Source: Carcharhinus longimanus (taxonomy: Eukaryota). Taken from it: a stretch of 64,000 nt of DNA. The DNA is taken from NCBI GenBank assembly GCA_030264375.1, contig JASCQW010000098.1:55354292-55418291 (forward strand), read 5' to 3'. How positions within the stretch are numbered: position 1 is the first letter of the stretch; each line of letters begins with the position of its first letter. Of the stretch, positions 49,978-62,367 are shown piece after piece. The position numbers were made by a program, and so were the translations under genes. The notes beneath the pieces were generated by a model. It was not told where the DNA came from and did not search any database. It worked only from the letters and a program-made list of their open reading frames with translations.

Positions 49978-51110
49978 TACAGAATCATAAAAACATAGTA
50001 CAGCATGGAGGGAGACCATTTGGCCCATCAAGCCTGCACCATTTCTTTCAAAGAGTGATCCAGTTCTTCTCTCTGCACTGCTTTTTCCTTATATTTCTGC
50101 AATATATTCTCCTTCAATTATTTATCTTTTGGAAGCCAGTATTCAATCTGAATATTTACGCTTCTGTCATTGGCAAAGGTTTCTCTTTATTTACTCCATC
50201 TAAACATGATTTTAAATAGCTTTACCAAACAAAATATCACCTTTCTGTTCTGCAAGGGAGCAGCTTCAACTTCTCCAGTTATCCCAATAACTGAAGTCCC
50301 TTATCGCACTAACCATTCTAATAATCCTGTTCTGTAGCATCTTCAGAGCTAAAATGTGGTCCCTAAAATTGGACATTCTAGCTGGGGCCAAACCATTTTT
50401 TTCTAGCATAGCTTCCACACTCTTGTCTGTATTTATAAAGCCAAGGATTCACATCTGCTTTGTTAACCCATCCTTTCACCTTTGATGATTTGCACACATG
50501 CACCACCAGGCCTCTCTGCTCTTCTACATGCCTCAAAATTGTACCATTTAACACGTATTGTTTCTCCCCATTCTTCTGACCAAAATGTATCACCTCACTG
50601 TTCAATATCACCGATCATGTGTCTGTCCATTCCATCAATCCATTTATGCTCTCTTGAAGTCCAGCCACCTCATTATTCATTGTTTACTGCACTTCCACTT
50701 TTCATACCATTTGCTCATTTGAAAATTGTGCTCTGTGCCCACCAAGTCATTAATGAATATCAAAAATATTAATGCTTCTAGTCCTGAGCCATGCAAAACT
50801 TTCCTTTACAACTCCCTTCAATGCAAAAAACAGCTTATCACCACACCTCTGTTATTTCGCTTTAGTCAGTTTCCTATCTGTTCCAGAAATTCTTTAATCC
50901 CATGTGCTTTACTTCTATTCACATGCCTACTATGTGGTGCTTTGTCAAATGCTTTTTGAAAGCCTAAATATACAACATCAACTGCACTGCTGTCATTTAC
51001 CCTGTTTCTTCATTAAACTTTGATTGACTATTTGGTAATCAAATATAATTTGCCTCAATAAATCCATGCTATCTCTCCTTTATCAAGACGTACTTGTCCA
51101 GTTGGCTGTA
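49978..51110 (-). mobile_element. Old CR1-like LINE 3' fragment
   Basis: Minus translation SEVIHFGQKNGEKQYVLNGTILRHVEEQRGLVVHV; aaaagcatttgacaaag (FxKAFDK motif) near 50950. Confidence 0.75.
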
Positions 51111-51676
51111 ATTTTTTCTAGCTTCATTAGGTGTGAATTTTATGTCACCCCCCCCGGTACATCGAAATACCAGGTGAACATATATTAAAACAGGTAGCCA
51201 GCACACTACCTTCCCATATGGCCCCCATTTAGTGGCCCATCTGTCCATCCTTAGACCTATTGAGGTCTTTCAGTGGCCAATTAACATCCAATTAAGGAGC
51301 TCATTTCACCACCGTTACGATAATACTTGTGGTTGAGGAAGATGGGGTTGCGCGAGCGGGCGGAGGAGGTGCAGAGGGGGAGTGGGTAGCAGGGTGGGGT
51401 TTGTTGATGGGTGGGTGAGAGGGTTGTTGGTGGTAAAGGAGGGTAGTCAGGGGTTTGGAGGGTTGTTGGTGGTGAGTGAGGGTAGTTAGGAGGGCGGATG
51501 TGCAGTCAGGTGTTGGAACCATTTAAGCTATCACTGAAGTTCTGCCTTCCAGATAGGGAAAGAGGTAGATGGTAGTCTTAGCAGTACCTTCCTGGGGAAT
51601 ATTCCACTTTAACACTAAATCTCCTAGTCTGCTTTTAGTAGAATATCATCTACCAACTCCTCTATCTAGTGGGAAG

Positions 51677-52025
51677 ACAATGGCCTCGCGGGATTATTGT
51701 GAGACTATTAATCCAGGAACTCAGCTAATGTTCTGGATTCAAATCCTGCCATGGCAGATGATGGAATTTGAATCTAGCAAAAAAAAAACTGGAATTAAGA
51801 ATCTACTGATGACCACGAAACCACAGTCGATTGTCGGAAAAACCCGTTTGGTTCACTGACATCCATTACAAAAGGAAATCTGCCATCCTTACCTGGTCTG
51901 GTCTACATGTGATTCCAGAGCCCAGCAATGTAGCTGACTCTCAACTGACCCTCCAAGGACAACCAGGGATGGGCAACAAATGCTGGCCAGTCAGCGACAC
52001 CCATGTTCCACAAATGAATAAAAAA
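51677..52025 (+). mobile_element. tRNA-headed SINE / bipartite LINE derivative
   Basis: B-box-like gattcaaatcc at about 51737; body ggaaatctgccatccttacctggtctgg; tail ...aatgaataaaaaa. Other copies at 17245-18270(-) and 56960. Confidence 0.75.
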
Positions 52026-52514
52026 CAAGGGTCTATCATTTTTAAGGTAGTGCAATGCATTTTCCCTCTGCTAAATTTTCTACAAAATCTCTCTAAAACA
52101 TCTGAATTCCTAAGATACTTCTAATGAAACAGCCATAAGTAACTCCCACCAAAGCTGTGGCTTGTCACATCGACATGTGTTTGCTGATGAAATTCTTTCA
52201 GTACACTGATAAATGAAACATAACTTGATTTTATCGTTGCCGTGACTCCAAATGCAATTCAGCAAGCAACTATTGATCTGGTGTCAAAAAGATGAACTGA
52301 GAGGTTGAGGTTTTCTTCTTTGTGATGAGTGCTGTAGACCAAAAGTGCACTGAGTTTGTATCATTTTGATTCAGTTTCCAATGTATACATGTTCCCGGCT
52401 GCTGTTTTCATACATCACTTCCATTTGGTTATTTTATAATTGTGATGATCAGCAATAAACACAGTATAATACATTATGGAAAAGATGGTCTTAATTAACT
52501 AGGCAACCTCTATA

Positions 52515-52761
52515 GTGGCACAGTGGTTAGCACTGCCTCACAGCACCAGGGACGCAGGTTTAGTTCCTGGCTTGGATCATTGTCTGTGCGGAGTCTGCAC
52601 GTTCTCCCCATGTCTGCATGGGTTTCCTCCCACAGTCTGAAGTACATGCTGGTTAGATGGCTGAACAGGTGCTGGAGTGTGGCGACTAGGGGATTTTCAC
52701 AGTAACTTCAATGCATTGTTAATATAATCCTACTTGTGACACTAATAAATAAACTTTAAAC
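52515..52761 (+). mobile_element. HE1-like SINE, tail type A
   Basis: gtggcacagtggttagcactgcc...ggcgactaggggattttcacagtaacttc...tacttgtgacactaataaataaacttt. Confidence 0.88.
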
Positions 52762-54671
52762 AGCCAGTGTGCTTGGGGTTTGATGCTTTTATTATGAGAA
52801 ATGGAGAGTGCTCCCACTCAGCAGTGTTGTCATCCGCCACCCTGATGAATCACCATGGATTTTAAAAATTGCATGTAAATGTTATTGGATATTTAGTCCA
52901 AAAATCAATGCTATTTGTACTGTTACTCTTCCCAAAACCTTTCCTTTGCATTTAAAAGTATAAATAATCTCAGCTGTGCTCTTCCAATATAAATATGGAT
53001 ATTTCCAGAAGCTAGGAGTTAACAGCATTGTAATTACCAGATTTCACAAGGAGACTCTTTAGGTCTTGCATTCTTAACTCATAATAGTGGGTTTGTTCAG
53101 ATGGAAAGAGTTTCAAAGAAATGATTAGTTTAATGGAAGGGATGGAATAGAAAAAACATATTATGAAAACTAAAACAAATGAAATATGTAGAAGAATAAA
53201 ACTATATCATGGACAGTATTCTCTGGTTGGTATAATCCATCAATGCTTTTGGCTTTATATTGATACAAAATCTGTCATAAAGTTTATGCTGTCAGGTAAT
53301 TAATATATTTTGAATCATATTGAATGTTTATTAGTCTTGATTGTACATCGATGCTATTACTTCGATTGCTGTCTTTGACAGCTTTATTGCTCAAGGAAAC
53401 ATTTGGTTATGCAACTGAGACAGTGAACCAAAATCCTTGTCTGTTAATCATTCTTCAGCATCTGAGTCTGTTCATATGCCTCGATTGGATCTTTCCTTAT
53501 CCTCACAATAAACAGCTTAAAACAGATCTCTTTCTACATGGCAACTATTCCACAAGATTGTTAAGCAAGAATGAACATGTGGAAATGTAACAATATATAG
53601 AATTTCTCCTGTAAATATATAACCCTTATTTGAAAAGGAAAGCTATAAAAGCTTACAAAAAGTAGGACCTCCTTTCTGCTCTGTACCAAATTCTCAAGTT
53701 AGCACTCCTACTTTGTCACCTCCTCAGATCTCGTTACAGTGTGCTCTTACATTTTGTGCGATCGCAAAACTTGTCTGCTTTTACCTGACTCGCACCTATT
53801 GTGTTTTTACAATGATATAAAGGCACTAATTTCTCATGGGGGATTGTGCAAGCATGCTGTGAGCTCATTTATTAATTCTAGGCAAATGTGAACAGATATA
53901 CCTGGTCAGAAATCCTGAATTCATAAGAGCTGTATCCTATGTTCTGCTCTAGGTCGATGTGCAGCTGAGGCACATAACATTTCTCCTACTTGCATTACTT
54001 CCCTTAAAGTGATGGCATGCTCCTATCTCTCAAAGGCATGTTAGAGCTCATGCAATAGTACTTCATGATAATGGTGTGAAAGGCTGGAGACTAGAAGATC
54101 CATGACTCACCTTCATTCCTGTATCAAATAATTGAACTTCTTCTTTCCCTCAGGACCAGGCTGCAGTAACTGGCCTCTCTGAGACATGTTCCCGCTTTGG
54201 GGGCCTTATGGTTCCCTGTGGAAAATGGCCTCCTTCCTTCCCTCACCATCCACTGCTAAGGCTCCAGCATAGCATCCAAAAACCCAGAAATCCTCTCTCT
54301 GGCCTGTTGTTTCATTTGGTGTCATCTATCTTCCACCAAGGAGTTCCTGAGATGGTTCAAGCAGCTGCAATAGCATGAATGTGGTTACTCTTTAAGTGGG
54401 GCAGGCCTATATTTAAGAGGAGCATGTTAATTGTCTGTCATGCTGGCCAAGCATGCAAATCAGCCCCCTGCTGAGCCTGCAGTTAGTCAGTGGCATCTTT
54501 CACATGATGTTTGCTGCCTGCCTCAGGAGGATGTGCGGGTAATCAAGCCTCACAATCCTTCTGCCTGATTGTGGCAATGTGGCCCCCTTTAATGGGCAAT
54601 CCCTGAGGGCCACATGCTCAGGCCATACGATCTGGAGTGTTGAAGTGGCAAGCTGAGCCAATTGGGTGCGA

Positions 54672-54782
54672 AGGAAAGGGGGATTGGGACATTGAGTTTG
54701 ATGATCAACTATGACCATAAAGAATGGTGGAGCAGGCTTGAAGGGCCGAATGGCCTACTCCTTCTAGTTTCTATGTTTCTAC
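54672..54782 (+). mobile_element. CR1/HER1-like 3' tail
   Basis: gaatggtggagcaggcttgaagggccgaatggcctactcc...ctatgtttct. Confidence 0.8.
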
Positions 54783-55370
54783 GTATCCCGAGTTGGGAAC
54801 ATCCTCAGTTGGAGCCAGAGAGGAGTGTTGCACAATCACACAGTTAATTCTGTCAGACTCTTTAAATATCTGTTTATCATTGGCAATAATCCCTTCGTTA
54901 CGTTAAGGCAGATTGAGTCATTCTTGATTTATTACACCGATATCAGGTCTATTCAATCATTTCCCCTATTATCAACAGAATTGAAATGTCATGGAAAATA
55001 TTACTGAGAAATCAAAAACCTTGATGTTTCAAACTTGAGAGAAAAGGATGCAACTGGTCTTCAGTGTTTGCACAAGATAGATGATCACAAATTAGCAGTC
55101 TGTTTTTAAACTCCACCAAGTTTCTTTTCCATTAAAGTTAATAGGGTAGAAAATCAATCAAAGTGAAAAACAGCCTGCTGATTTGCAGTTGCCCATTTGG
55201 TGCTGTTGCAAAAGACCAGTGCTCCCTCGATGTCTGGAGTGTGAGAATTGACATTGTCACTGTGATAATCCCCACCAGGTACATAGGGAATTACTGAATG
55301 ATGAGTATGAGCTGTTGAATATAAGTTGCCCTGGTAATAGGCAGTGGCCTGCCCAGCAGAAAGATGTGCC

Positions 55371-55535
55371 AAAGATGTGTGGGTTAGGTTAATTGGTCAT
55401 GCTAAATAGCCCCTTAATGTCAGGGGATTGGCGGGGTAAATACATGGAGTTACGAGTACAGGGCCCAGGTGGGATTGCTATTGTGCAGGCTCAGTGGGCC
55501 AAATGGCCTCCTTCTGCACAGCAGGGATTCTATGA
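55371..55535 (+). mobile_element. HE1-like SINE 3' half, tail B
   Basis: aaagatgtgtgggttagg...gggccaaatggcctccttctgcacagcagggattctatg. Confidence 0.8.
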
Positions 55536-56959
55536 AACCCACTATCTGAGCCTTTTATAAGACAGGCTAAGGATTGGGCCTACTGAACTGTAGTTCCAGG
55601 CAGGGACTAACGTGAACACCACGGTAGTGGTTCTATTTTGCAATAAACTATGTTCTTTTCCAGTCAGGCTTCCTGACTCATTACAGTCACACATGTCAGA
55701 ACCCTTTCCAAAACATTTATGAGAATGGTGACTGAAATCTGATAAAAGCTAGTAGCAGTTTACCTAAGCCTGATATTCCAAAGGTTTTGTGATACAGGTG
55801 AGAGTAAATTAGTATCATCAACCTCATTGTGTTCCAAAGCTGGAAGATAGTTGATTCACAGTGGGTGAAAAGGTTAAATAATTAGCCATTCTGCTTTCCA
55901 GAAAATGTCATTTTCTTTCTTTATATTGTTGCGATAGGTTTCTTGAATTAGATTTTTTTTTGTGTGTAACGCACAGAAACATGAAACTGGGAATCATCCC
56001 AAAGTCAGAATGGAAGCTCTCAAAATACACCTGGATCTGCAAAATCAACCTTCCTCCTTTGGTCACCAGGGATTTATTTGTGGTTGATTCTGACTTGTGC
56101 TGCATTTGTGTCAGGCTGGCTCAGAGATGTTCAAAGTCTCTGAAAATAGAACAGATAATTTAAGTAAATTCAACAAGCCGCTGGGTAAGGATACTTGTTT
56201 ATCTTCAATTTTAATAAGAATTTTGACAGCTCTCAGGAACCTATAATAAGCCAATTCATGTTGTGATGCTGTTGCAGAGCACGCAGGAGGCAGTCAGAAT
56301 TAACGTGGTTAATGCAATGTGTATTTGATTTCTTGGAGAAAAACAATACTTCAAATGCTGCTATTAACCACAAAAGGTTTATTCATAATGTTCAAGTCAA
56401 ACAATAGAGTGAATGACTGGCAACAAATATGTAACGTTCTGCAATTGAATCATTTTATGCCAGTGAGATATAGGATTATGACCTTTACATACGACAAATA
56501 AGATTGAGGGCAGAATCATTTTGGAGCTTTGATGCTTTCTGGCTTGGTTTAACCTGATTACACATTCCGACTCTTGTCAGAGCATTTGTTGCTGGAAGTC
56601 AAAATGGCTGTCTACCATTCCCATTGTAGCCGCTTTCATTTATTTGACTTCTCTGTCTAAGTGCATCTAATTGTTACACTAAGGGAACACTGTTACGGTT
56701 TATTTTGATCTCATCAAATGCATTATTCACAAAGGGGACCAGGAAAGATTCCAGGCTGGATTGTCCCTGTGGGCTTCTGAACCCTGCCATCAGGCTCAAA
56801 ATATCACTCTGAGGCCTGGACTGCGTGGGGATACAGTCACTCAATGTGACTTTCCCTGGAGCAGACAGAGGGTGGCTCTGCTGTTGAAATAAGGACAATG
56901 GGTGGGCTCACAAAGCTGGAGGTCCAATCACAGGTCTTCCAGCTAGAAAGCAGCAGCAA

Positions 56960-57520
56960 GAGGTATCATTGGACTAGTAATTCAGAGGCTTGGGCTAATG
57001 CTCTGAGCCACAAGTTCAAATCCCACCTAGGCAGCTGCTGCAATTTATATCAATTAATACATCTGGAATTAAAAGTAAGTCTCAATAATGGTGATTATAA
57101 AACTATCATTAATTGTTGCAAAACCCATCTTGCTTGTTTCTGTCCTTCAGGGAAGGAAATCTGCTATCCTTTCCTCGTCCTTACACATGATTCCTGACCC
57201 ACAACAATGCTATTAACTCTTTCCTGCCCTCTGAAATGCCCTAGCAAGGCAGTGAGTTGTATCAAACTGCTACAAAGTCTAAACAGCAATGAACCTGGAT
57301 AGANNNNNNNNNNATCAATCTAGGCACCTGAAATAACAACAGCAAACCCAGCCCTCTCAAACTTGCAAAGTCCCCCTTACCAAGATATGGGGGCCTGTGC
57401 CAAAATTAAAGTGCTGTCCCCAGGTAAATCAAGTAACAGCCTGACATAGTTATAATCAACGAATCATACCTCACAGATAATGTCCCATACAGAATTGCAC
57501 CATCCATGGCTATGTCCTGA
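56960..57520 (+). mobile_element. LINE 5' end: tRNA-like head followed by APE endonuclease N-terminus
   Basis: 56960-57235 aligns with SINE 51690-51950 (B box gttcaaatcc 57014-23); 57375-57520 translates, with frameshifts, LTKIWGPVPKL...QPDIVIINESYLTDNVP...GYVL. Confidence 0.65.
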
Positions 57521-57684
57521 ATTCCAGTTGGCTTCCAGTAACAGGCCTTAATAGGCTGTTAACTACTTTCATAGACTACCCATGTGCAGGCAGGTAGCCC
57601 TGTCCCCTCTGAGAAAAGAGCCCCAGGAACTGGATGGAGGTGGGGAACAGGCGGGCGGGTTGGTGGGCTTACGTACAAATGTTC

Positions 57685-58197
57685 AAACATAGAATTTAGG
57701 AGCTGGAATAGGCCACTCAGCCCCTTGACTCTTCTCCCCCATTCAGTGAGTTCATGGCTGATCTGATTGTAACATCAACCCCACATTCCTGCCTCCCTTG
57801 TTATTTAAGAATCTATCTATCTCTGTCTTAAAAATATCCAAAGACAGTGGTTCCATTGCCTTTTTGAGGAAAAGAGTTCCAGAGGCTCTCAACTTTCTGA
57901 GAGAGAGAAGAAAATCTTCTCATCTCCATCTTAAATGAGTGCCCCCTTATTTTTAAACAGTGATGCCCTAGTTTTAGATTCTCCCATAAGAGGAAACCTC
58001 TGCTCCACATTCACCTTGTCAATACCACTCAGGATCTTAAAGGTTTCAGTGAAGATGCCTCTTACTGTTCGAAACTCTGGTAGATACAAACCTAACCACT
58101 TCAGTCTTTCCTCATGAGATAACCTGCCCATTCTTGGTATTAGTTGAGTAAATCTTCTTTGAACTATTCCCAATGTATTTACAACTTCGATAAGGGG
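57685..58197 (-). mobile_element. CR1/HER1-like LINE 3' fragment
   Basis: VQRRFTQLIPRMGRLSHEERLKWLGLYLPEFRTVRGIFTETFKIL...GESKTR, plus tail. Confidence 0.88.
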
Positions 58198-59694
58198 ACC
58201 GATAGTGTATGCATACGCTCCTGCCTACCTTTTCTGCTGGCCCCAGAAATGGTTAAAAATCCAGCCCCATTCCTGATCCTTAGGCTGCTAACAGATTTAG
58301 TACATTTGTATTGTAGCCATTTTAAGTTCGCATCCCACACACTGCATGATCCTGAACAATTACTCCAGTTACATTAATAGGTACTCAAATATCAGGAAGG
58401 GATATTGCTGTAATATTCATTCCCGCCTATAAAAGCAAACACTTCAATAAATGTGAATTATCTGTAACCGCAAGATAGCTGTAAACATTTCACAGACCCA
58501 CACATTTGCACTCCCATCCATCTTGATAGAATCCGGAGAATTTAAAGCGTGCATGGGGAGAAGAATGGTAAGAGAAAAAATACCTTTAAAAGCACCATTT
58601 GCTGCAAAATGCATAAAGAGCAACAAGATTGTTCACATCAGAAATAAATTTCATCGATTCAACCTTTTCCTGTCACATGAATGCTGGAAAGTGGTCTGAG
58701 TGACATTTTCGTAGCAGTTTCCCGCTCTCATGTTGTACCTGCTGACCTGTGGAATATTGAGTATGTGATCTATGAGGCTGGCATTTCAATCATGGTCAGG
58801 AACCTGAAATGGGGGCTAATTCTGAACTCTGCCCCTGCACATTAGGCTTTCGACGCACACACACTGGGGTGTCAATTAAAGCCAAGGGAACGGGCTCGCG
58901 TTCCAGTTAGAGACAGTGGGAAGTTTCCCAGTGCTGGAAGGCTGAAGAGAGGCACTCCATCACTTACTGCTGACCCCACCAGCCGAGGTGGAAACTGCTG
59001 GCCTGAAGATGGAGGAAGGGAGAAGGTCAGGAAAGTTTTCTTTTCATCTTTATGAAAGTCACAGCTGCCTGACTATGATGCTACAGAGCCAATGCCAACA
59101 TACCCTCACTACCCGCTACACAGGTGACAGGCAACAGCTGTAGTGCCTGAGCATGACCTCTCCACCCTGAACTCCTCGGGTTCTGCAAACTGTGGGAGGT
59201 CTGTTGTGATTAATGTTGGTGTGGCCTTCTGCCAATGTGAATGGACAATCCAATGGGGGAGGCAGGGGTGGGGACAATCAGATGCAGATGCTTGATAATT
59301 ACATTTAAATGTATTCAAAATGGAGATCCCAATGCTGAATGTCAGGATTCCCCTTATGTCATTGGTGGGGAAGGGTGGGGTGTTGTCAGGGAGAAACACA
59401 ATCGGAACAGGAAATCCTGTCAGTGTAAATCACGTTTTGGGACTCCTTTTGGGACATGATTCCTCGCACCTGCTGCTGATCCTGACTCCTAAAAACAGGA
59501 GTGGAAAATCATCCCTCCCCCATGTTCGATGTGAGCGATTGCTCAGGGCAACGTCACCAGTACTTGGATCTTAACTTGTCACCATGGAGGCACTCAGATC
59601 CTCCTGCCACTGCTCCAGATGCTGAGCTTTTTTGGTTACAGGCCTAGCCGGCAGAGGCTGAACCTTACTGCATCTCCCAGAATGACAGTGCACA

Positions 59695-59800
59695 AACGCA
59701 TTAAGAATTCTCACAACACCAGGTTAGAGTCCAACAGTTAGTTTATTTAGTAGTAAACGCCACCAGCTTTTGGAGCGCTGCTCCTTCATCACTCACCTGA
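59695..59800 (-). mobile_element. Penelope-like family 2 single arm
   Basis: ctcacaacaccaggttagagtccaacag...agcttttggagcgctgctccttcatca. Confidence 0.75.
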
Positions 59801-60429
59801 ATTACACTCTCTTCAGAAAGAGAAGATTCTGCAGTAAGGTGCAGGCGTATCCATCGCTTTGACATTTATAAGTAAATTCCCGTCATCTTAAAATCATTAT
59901 GAAGAGAATCTTTACATGCTGTGCTTTCTTATGTGTCTGATACAATGGTATGCTTTGAACATGGAAACTGTCATTAGTAATAATTTGGAAAAGGGTCCTT
60001 CAACCAAAATGGTTTGAGAGCTACTAGCTTCATTGTTTAGCAATTTTCCTCTGCCAAATTTTAATCCATCTATTTGCAAGATTTGGTTTCTTGGAATTAA
60101 ATATTTCAGATTATGGCTTTGCCAACACTTACTTTTCATTCACAAGCGCAATGAACTTGGATAGAATTCAGAATGTGTTGGCATTTTTGCACTACAGAAG
60201 CGTCCCATGTCCTCTGCATTTCCCAACAAATATTTCTGTGAAGGAGTTCTCCAATGTTCGTTATTTATTCAATGACTCCTTGCTTTCTGCACATTTTGTT
60301 TTCTTGCACCCACCAAAACTTTAATTTCTGCAAATCATAGGACAAATAAAGGAAACGCGCATGTTAATGTTGTAAACCCAATTGTCTTCAGATTTAATTT
60401 TCTTTCCCCATTGTACTGGTCAGCGTGAC

Positions 60430-60651
60430 AGGCCAGGATTTTCCACTCCCTCCCCTGCACCCACGGTGGGCTTTCCAGCAGAGGTGAGATCTTCCAGTCC
60501 CGCTGAAGGCAATGGCATTTTCCATTGCATGCCTTCTGCACTGCTGGTGAACCCACTGACCAATGGCAGGCCACATCCGCCACCAGAAAGCCTGGCACAG
60601 CAGGGGGAGGAAGGGAGGTGGGGGGGGGGGGGGGGATGAAAATTCTGGCCC
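60430..60651. mobile_element. MITE with Harbinger-like TIRs
   Basis: aggccaggattttc and gaaaattctggccc are inverted matches at 12 of 14 positions. Confidence 0.7.
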
Positions 60652-61190
60652 TTGTTTTCATTAATTCACTTCATGCATGCTACTGAAAAGAGAAATTTTA
60701 TGAGTGTACATTACAGCCAGAGGATATTCAGTCCTTCAATGTAAATTAATATTGAATCGTTTGAATCCTGTTTCAGGACGTATAAACACACAGGATGACA
60801 ATGCCTGAAATTCTACATAAGTTGATATTTGCATGATAATTTCAGTCAGGAGGTCATGAGGAGGCTGGTGTTTTACATGTTAACAATAACATTAGAGCAG
60901 TATGGTTTTTTTTCTCTAACATTGGGGATCTAGTAGATTACTGAGAAAGCCTAAGATTAAACCAATCATTGGTATTGCTTTATGGTGCCATGAAATATGA
61001 AAACTGGAAAAGTACTTCAATTCTCAGGATTGTTGTGCTCCTTCTGAATGAACACAAAGTACATCCCAAAAGTATGTATTAGAAAGCAACCAAAACTAAA
61101 TACAATACTCTGCAGGTGGCATCATGCATGTTTATGGTTTTGCTATAAATTCTTATGACTTGCATTTTATAGATCTACTTGCATAACATT

Positions 61191-62367
61191 GGCCCAAATT
61201 TTCACTACTTTGAAGAGTTTCTCTGTCATGGCAAAAATCCTGGAAATCGCTGAAAATTCTAAGTCCTGCCTCTGAACAGAACATGTTCCAGATTGACAGG
61301 GACAGGAGTGGAATTGGGCCTGGATTTGTACATGGTGATTTACAGAGGCAGCTGGCCAGTTAAACCACCAGCTGCCTCCACTGACACAGGATTTTGGTAG
61401 GTCAGGGCAATGAAACCCGAAGTGTGCAGGTTAGAGCAAGTGAAGGGTCGGGGGGGTCTTAATTTGGTGGATCTGCTTAGAGAGTGAAGGTACTCCTTTG
61501 GATATAGTCCCAGGATGCCCTAGGGAGAAGGAGTTTGGGTGAAATAAGGCATCCCATGGAATGGTTAAAAGTGAACATGATTATTCACCTTTTTATACAA
61601 ATCCATTGGAACTGTCAAGCTGTCAAAAAAACTATTAAACTGTCAAATAACTGTCCAGTTATCAAAGCACTGTCAAACTGTAAAGGAACTATAAAATAAC
61701 TATTAAAAAAAACTGTCTTGCAGTCAGGGAACTGCCAAAGCTGTCAAGGAACTATCAAAAGTGAGTTGGGATGGAGGTGTTAAGGAAAAGTATCCAGTGA
61801 TGGGCTTAGGTTGAAGCGAATAACCACTAAATTGTTACAGGGCTTTGAAGGACCATGAGAATGTGAGGATAATGGGGTTATGAGGAAAAATGGTAATAGG
61901 CAGAGGGATACTAGTTGGCATAGGAGATATGGGTATCCATGAGGGGGTTGTGAGTAGAGTGCCATGATAGGCATAGAGTCTGAGGGCCATGGTAATTGGG
62001 TGGAGTAGCAAGAGCTAGGATAGGAGGTGAGAAGGCTATGGGGAGTGGGGGTAGGGAATGAGCTGCCCGAGGCTGCTATGGATGGGACATAGGGAGTGTG
62101 TGAGAGGTGAGGGCTAAAGGGATGTTTCTTTGTCATTTTAGAAATTTATTTCAACAGTGCCAGAGCACAGGGGCAAGCCCTCTGTCCCCAACTTTGCACC
62201 AGATGGCCCCCTCAGTTGTTCTGTGGACAGTGGGCTCAACTTTCAATCCAGTCTGCACCCCGGAATGAAAATTTAACCTGCAGATGGCCATTTTTAGAAG
62301 TTGGATTCACAAAGCTGGGAATTCTGCTGTCTCTGCACACCCATTGCGAGAGCAGAAATCTAGGCCT
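61191..62367. mobile_element. Candidate non-autonomous Harbinger-type element
   Basis: Left ggcccaaatttt, right gaaatctaggcc; interior with ctgtcaa repeats and a G-rich tract; no ORF. Confidence 0.45.

Noticed and set aside
61611-61760. CRISPR-like array
   Set aside because: Units are 6-10 bp, degenerate and lack unique spacers; vertebrate context with no cas genes.
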